IMG/VR virus record: IMGVR_UViG_3300005805_000317
Coordinates: 1 to 30,397 of that record
Strand: one strand, 5' to 3'
Length of the DNA stretch: 30,397 bases
DNA from: a virus
Lineage: Duplodnaviria; Caudoviricetes
Shown here: in pieces, positions 26,866 to 30,397 of the stretch
Numbering within the stretch: position 1 is the stretch's first letter
Layout of the letters: every line of letters begins with the position of its first letter
The notes under the pieces: generated by a model
Database searches by the model: none
The model's input: the letters and a program-made list of their open reading frames with translations, nothing else
What the model was told of the DNA's origin: nothing
Made by a program: the position numbers and the translations under genes

Positions 26866-27261
26866 TTAAAATTTAGATTCGAATAGGGTGTCGACCTTCA
26901 TTATTCTGTAGCTGAACTTACGATTGACGTCTTTATTATTTATGTAATTGAAGAGGGCGGTGTACACAAAAAAATCATCGTAGTCTATTTTGGGTTGAGG
27001 AAAAATCGTGTCTATAAAGACGTATCCATTCCCCGTGTCAAGGACTCTTGCGATATTACACCCTTGTAAACTTTCGTGCCAGTCTGAGGAGTTTGCGTAC
27101 TCTATTGTGTATAGCGTCCCCGACTCGGTTTCCCACTCTTTGATTGTATAACTATGTCTAAAGCCAAGACCGGGGTCAGACATTACATAGAACTCTAATG
27201 GATTGTTTAAAAGGGGTTTTAGGCTATAGCTGCCCAGATCGTCATTTTTCTTTTTCTTCAT
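26866..27261 (-). CDS. Hypothetical protein
   Basis: 131 aa ORF containing a DTGNG motif. Confidence 0.65.
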   Translation of the reverse strand: MKKKKNDDLGSYSLKPLLNNPLEFYVMSDPGLGFRHSYTIKEWETESGTLYTIEYANSSDWHESLQGCNIARVLDTGNGYVFIDTIFPQPKIDYDDFFVYTALFNYINNKDVNRKFSYRIMKVDTLFESKF

Positions 27262-27338
27262 GGCACAAGATTTTGTTTATCACACCCTATCGGGTATAAA
27301 ACGAATTCTTTTTGTCAGTATGAAATACCATTCACAGA

Positions 27339-27593
27339 CTATAGGTTGTCGTCAAGTAGCTTGAGGATGTTGAGCCAGTTGCTCTTGGTCTTGAAGTACA
27401 CCTCCATTGTGGTGGCCCCGCCTTTTTCATTCATCAGGTACACATCTATCCCATACAAGGACGTGTCATCCTTATACGCATAGTATCCCTTGAAGTCAAT
27501 CTGATTGAATGTAAATAGCACATAACCATCAATGTAGACCTTTATCCTGCCATTGTAAATTTTCAGATCGTAGTGATGACTTTCGTTCTTCAT
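27339..27593 (-). CDS. Hypothetical protein
   Basis: Start moved to 27593 (MKNESHH) because the longer ORF runs through a terminator. Confidence 0.65.
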   Translation of the reverse strand: MKNESHHYDLKIYNGRIKVYIDGYVLFTFNQIDFKGYYAYKDDTSLYGIDVYLMNEKGGATTMEVYFKTKSNWLNILKLLDDNL

Positions 27594-27615
27594 CTCTTTT
27601 CTATTTTTTAAAGAC

Positions 27616-27666
27616 AAAAAAAAAACAGGGTGGAAGGCAAACCAAACCTCAACCCCTCCCACCCTG
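27616..27666 (-). terminator. Rho-independent terminator
   Basis: CAGGGTGGGAGG / CCTTCCACCCTG 12-bp stem followed by T10. Confidence 0.85.
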
Positions 27667-27693
27667 CTAACAAAACAATGAAAACAAAATTGA
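27616..27693 (-). ncRNA. Candidate ~78-nt small RNA
   Basis: Full consensus promoter directly followed by a U-rich single-stranded part and a terminator, with no ORF. Confidence 0.5.
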
Positions 27694-27697
27694 AGAA

Positions 27698-27729
27698 CAA
27701 AGATATGTAAAAGACAGTGCTATTGCAAA
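27698..27729 (-). promoter_or_regulatory. Consensus Bacteroidota promoter
   Basis: TTTG-N20-TATCTTTG. Confidence 0.8.
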
Positions 27730-27751
27730 CAAAAGATGCAATTTTTTTTAT

Positions 27752-28075
27752 CTACCTTGGGAGGATGTCCTCGCAGTAGTGGATAAGGATCTCGCGTGTG
27801 ATATTGATTCCCCGTCTTTTAAGGCGGAGTAGGATCCTCCTAAAGGAAAGGCCGATGAGGATGTGGTCAACTGCCCCGACAAAGGCACAAAGGATAAAGA
27901 GAGAGGAGCAAAGATAAACAAAAGGGGGGAGCGAGAAGATGGCCCCCAAGATGGATAGAAGCCACATCGACAAAAAGAAAAAAACGGTGTATTCACGGTT
28001 TCTACTCATCATGCGGTAGAACCCAAGGTCAAAGTACGAGCGCAAAAACTCAGACCGTATGTCGTCCCTGATCAT
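27752..28075 (-). CDS. Hypothetical membrane protein (2 TM)
   Basis: 107 aa; ATGA overlap with the exonuclease stop. Confidence 0.6.
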   Translation of the reverse strand: MIRDDIRSEFLRSYFDLGFYRMMSRNREYTVFFFLSMWLLSILGAIFSLPPFVYLCSSLFILCAFVGAVDHILIGLSFRRILLRLKRRGINITREILIHYCEDILPR

Positions 28076-29058
28076 GTATTTTTACCTATTGAGGCGTTGA
28101 TGTACTTTCTCTTCTTGGCAGGAACACTCGTCACACGACTGCGACCAATGGAACCACACCCATTGCACCTAAAGGCAGCGTACACGTTAACAGAGGTGTG
28201 GTACTCCCCGCCCCACGTAATGTCAGAAGAGGCACACGATGGACACCTCTGGACATCATCCATAATGTGCAAGGCAATATTAGGATGCGGCTGTATCCAC
28301 GGACGTATGCGTAAATAAAAATCCTCCAAGGCATAGATGTCGTGAATGTTATACTCCTCCATCTTACGCAACGAATCCACATCCCCGCCATAACACTTAG
28401 ACCACATCTCAAAACCCTCATGATCACGCTTCCTACGTAAGTCAAGACTCCTATTCAAAGAATCCAAAGAATTACTCGAAAAGGCAAACTGCGAACGACT
28501 ATGCAAAAGAGTATCTATAACCTTATACGGCATAGGGGGAGGAAAACCATGAACCACAAAACGCGTATTCACACGCTTGATGTCAAAACCCTTCGCATTG
28601 TGAGCTATAACAACGTCAGCCTCATTTATCTTCTCCCATAAAATCTTTGAAATACGACGGTCGTCCTGACGCTTAGCCTCAGAAGACGTCAAACGCTCAC
28701 TCATAACACCATCCTCAAACAACCACTTCCCCGCCCACGTTATCATGTACCAATCATTAATAACCTGTACATCATTGATGTCCTGCTTCCACCTACCCCA
28801 CACATAACTCAATAAAGGAGCAGTCTCTATATCCAATAACAAAACACGACAAGACCTCGCCTCATCAACACTAATCCTAACAGGCAAGTTGTCCTTAATG
28901 TTCCGCCTATACTTGTTCCGCAACGATAACGGCCCCGCCAAACCCGACAAAGACCACACACGATTACACCACGAAACAACAGACTCCCCCGGTCGCATCG
29001 GATTACTTAAATAAAAGTTCACCCAACGCTGATTGTCACCAGTCTTATCTTTTCCCAT
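28072..29058 (-). CDS. DEDDy 3'-5' exonuclease (RNase H-like fold) with C-terminal Zn ribbon
   Basis: ExoI LDIET, ExoII HNAKGFD, ExoIII YNIHD; CPSC...CNGC. Confidence 0.88.
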   Translation of the reverse strand: MGKDKTGDNQRWVNFYLSNPMRPGESVVSWCNRVWSLSGLAGPLSLRNKYRRNIKDNLPVRISVDEARSCRVLLLDIETAPLLSYVWGRWKQDINDVQVINDWYMITWAGKWLFEDGVMSERLTSSEAKRQDDRRISKILWEKINEADVVIAHNAKGFDIKRVNTRFVVHGFPPPMPYKVIDTLLHSRSQFAFSSNSLDSLNRSLDLRRKRDHEGFEMWSKCYGGDVDSLRKMEEYNIHDIYALEDFYLRIRPWIQPHPNIALHIMDDVQRCPSCASSDITWGGEYHTSVNVYAAFRCNGCGSIGRSRVTSVPAKKRKYINASIGKNT

Positions 29059-29344
29059 GTATCAACCTTTGATTTGATAAGTACCCAAAGTAAGCCTTAA
29101 CATAAACAGACTCAAAATCAGACATCGAAGCACCCAACAAAATAGGATCAATACGACCCTTAATCCATACATACGTCGTCCCAATGTCATCAGGATTCTC
29201 CTCGTAATAACGTATCTCACAAACAGAAATACACCCAGATACCTCAACCCACATGTCCCCATCAGACACCAAACGAGTGTACTCAATCAACTCCGCCGAA
29301 AAATCAGATAACAACGAAGAACGACGCCAAAAAGGAAATCCCAT
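29045..29344 (-). CDS. Hypothetical protein, first gene of the leftward operon
   Basis: Start moved to 29344 (MGFPFW), 4 nt after a -7 element. Confidence 0.6.
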   Translation of the reverse strand: MGFPFWRRSSLLSDFSAELIEYTRLVSDGDMWVEVSGCISVCEIRYYEENPDDIGTTYVWIKGRIDPILLGASMSDFESVYVKAYFGYLSNQRLIHGKR

Positions 29345-29348
29345 AAAC

Positions 29349-29356
29349 CAAAAGTA
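29349..29356 (-). promoter_or_regulatory. -7 promoter element (leaderless spacing)
   Basis: TACTTTTG-GTTT-ATG. Confidence 0.65.
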
Positions 29357-29399
29357 CGCAAATAACAAAAACAAAAAAGAAAAAAGAAAAAAAAGTTCA

Positions 29400-30110
29400 A
29401 ATGATGAGGAGGGGTGACCCCCCATTTAGACCCCCACCCACCCTTGCCCGATGTCGTTTTTCCGTATCCGTCCCCCTGCCAATTTGCTGAATGTCAGAAA
29501 GTTACTGATTCAATAAAGCGCTGTCTTCGCACCACCACCACCTGAAGAAACCATACAAGTCAAGGGGCATAACTCGCTGTGGATCAGCACCCCCAATGTA
29601 CACGTGTGAAAGCGGCAGGACAAGGCAATACACTGCCGCGCTATTATTGGAATCCTACGAGGAAAATGGCAGGTCAAAAGCCGCCTTTTGAGATAACCTT
29701 CGACTGATAACCAATCACTTACACTTTGGATTCCCAATGATAGCATGCCCCTTGAAGCCGACAGCCACAATACACCACACCGGAAGCACCACGACAGCGG
29801 CCCGTTTACAGCCCCGTAGACGCGCCAAAACACGCCAGACAATACACACTGCCATACACGCCAAAAAGCGCCCGTAAACAAGCCGGAAACACGCCACACG
29901 CACACGCACGTAACGCACACGCGTAACACGCACGCGCGCGGAAAGGTATTCGGGAGATGTGTACGGATACGGAACATGATTCCCACCACTTCAACCCTAC
30001 TAAATTCCTTAGCATTCCGTTTTTTTATGTCGTTCGCCCAACTTTTTTTTAATTTTTTTCTCGCTGACTTTCAGTGTGTTGCAAAGAAAATACATTTTTT
30101 TTTGCGAAAA
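29400..30110. other. Non-coding region between divergent promoters; probable genome end/packaging region
   Basis: No credible ORF; C-runs, ACACGC-rich low-complexity tract, IHF-like dyads and T-tracts. Confidence 0.5.
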
Positions 30111-30113
30111 CAC

Positions 30114-30145
30114 TTGACAAACGTTTTGTGAGTGACGTATGTTTG
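30114..30145 (+). promoter_or_regulatory. Rightward promoter
   Basis: TTG-N21-TATGTTTG preceded by T/A tracts. Confidence 0.75.
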
Positions 30146-30149
30146 TCCC

Positions 30150-30397
30150 CGTCAACGGACAACGACCACATACTACAGCGCAGTTATCCTTAGTAGTGGT
30201 TGACGCAAGTGAGACAGGCCGCAGCGCAGATATCCTCGGTAGTCACACGAAGCAGCACGGGGCGCCCGCATCCGAGAAAACACGGGCGACGATAGGTCAA
30301 GGTACATCGGCAGAGTCCTAACTTTGTGCGCTGAGTTGCGGGAAGGCGGCGGAAAAGACAGCTTTCGTCGCAGAGCCGCAGAAATGCCTTTTTCCGC
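30150..30397 (+). ncRNA. Candidate structured RNA or long leader, running to the window edge
   Basis: GC-rich with several complementary segments and an internal 22-nt repeat; no credible ORF. Confidence 0.4.

Noticed and set aside
18223-29586. DnaA-box cluster as a target for the DnaA domain-IV proteins
   Set aside because: Only scattered one-mismatch boxes, mostly within CDSs; consistent with chance.
29510-30015. Minus-strand ORFs of 159, 72 and 69 aa
   Set aside because: C/V/R/A-rich translations of low-complexity skewed DNA, open in several frames; probably spurious.
30151-30210. HEARO/omega RNA of IS200/IS605 elements (GTCAAC...GTTGAC opening stem)
   Set aside because: The remaining consensus is not recognisable and no iscB/tnpB gene is visible in the window.
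1-30397. Stop-codon reassignment as in some crAss-like phages
   Set aside because: Long genes are intact in the standard code; TAA, TGA and TAG (e.g. 22346, 27339) all end genes at plausible positions.
1-30397. tRNA, rRNA, integrase or transposase genes
   Set aside because: None recognised by eye; tRNAscan was not run.

Overview
This window is a segment of a dsDNA tailed phage genome infecting a Bacteroidota host. The host call rests on TAnnTTTG promoters, A-rich starts without Shine-Dalgarno motifs and a DUF3127-type SSB. Almost all genes are on the minus strand and use the standard genetic code. Left half: a crAss-like/flavobacterial podovirus virion module (terminase large subunit, portal, scaffold-like protein, major capsid protein, three ring/adaptor proteins and a truncated muzzle/tail-stabilisation protein). 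Middle: three glycosyltransferases, two DnaA domain-IV proteins, a single plus a tandem GroES-like co-chaperonin, an SSB, and a two-gene plus-strand island (membrane protein + XRE HTH). Right: a T7 gp4/Twinkle-like primase-helicase, a replication initiator with internal iterons, small hypothetical genes, a DEDDy exonuclease, a non-coding probable genome end/packaging region and a divergent promoter leading into a structured RNA. Most notable: (1) a leader peptide + pseudoknot/attenuator upstream of the initiator, (2) a Cpn10 + Cpn20-like co-chaperonin pair, (3) four promoters placed exactly for leaderless mRNAs, (4) a ~78-nt promoter-to-terminator sRNA antisense to an A-rich start-codon context. 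All family assignments come from motif recognition, not database searches.
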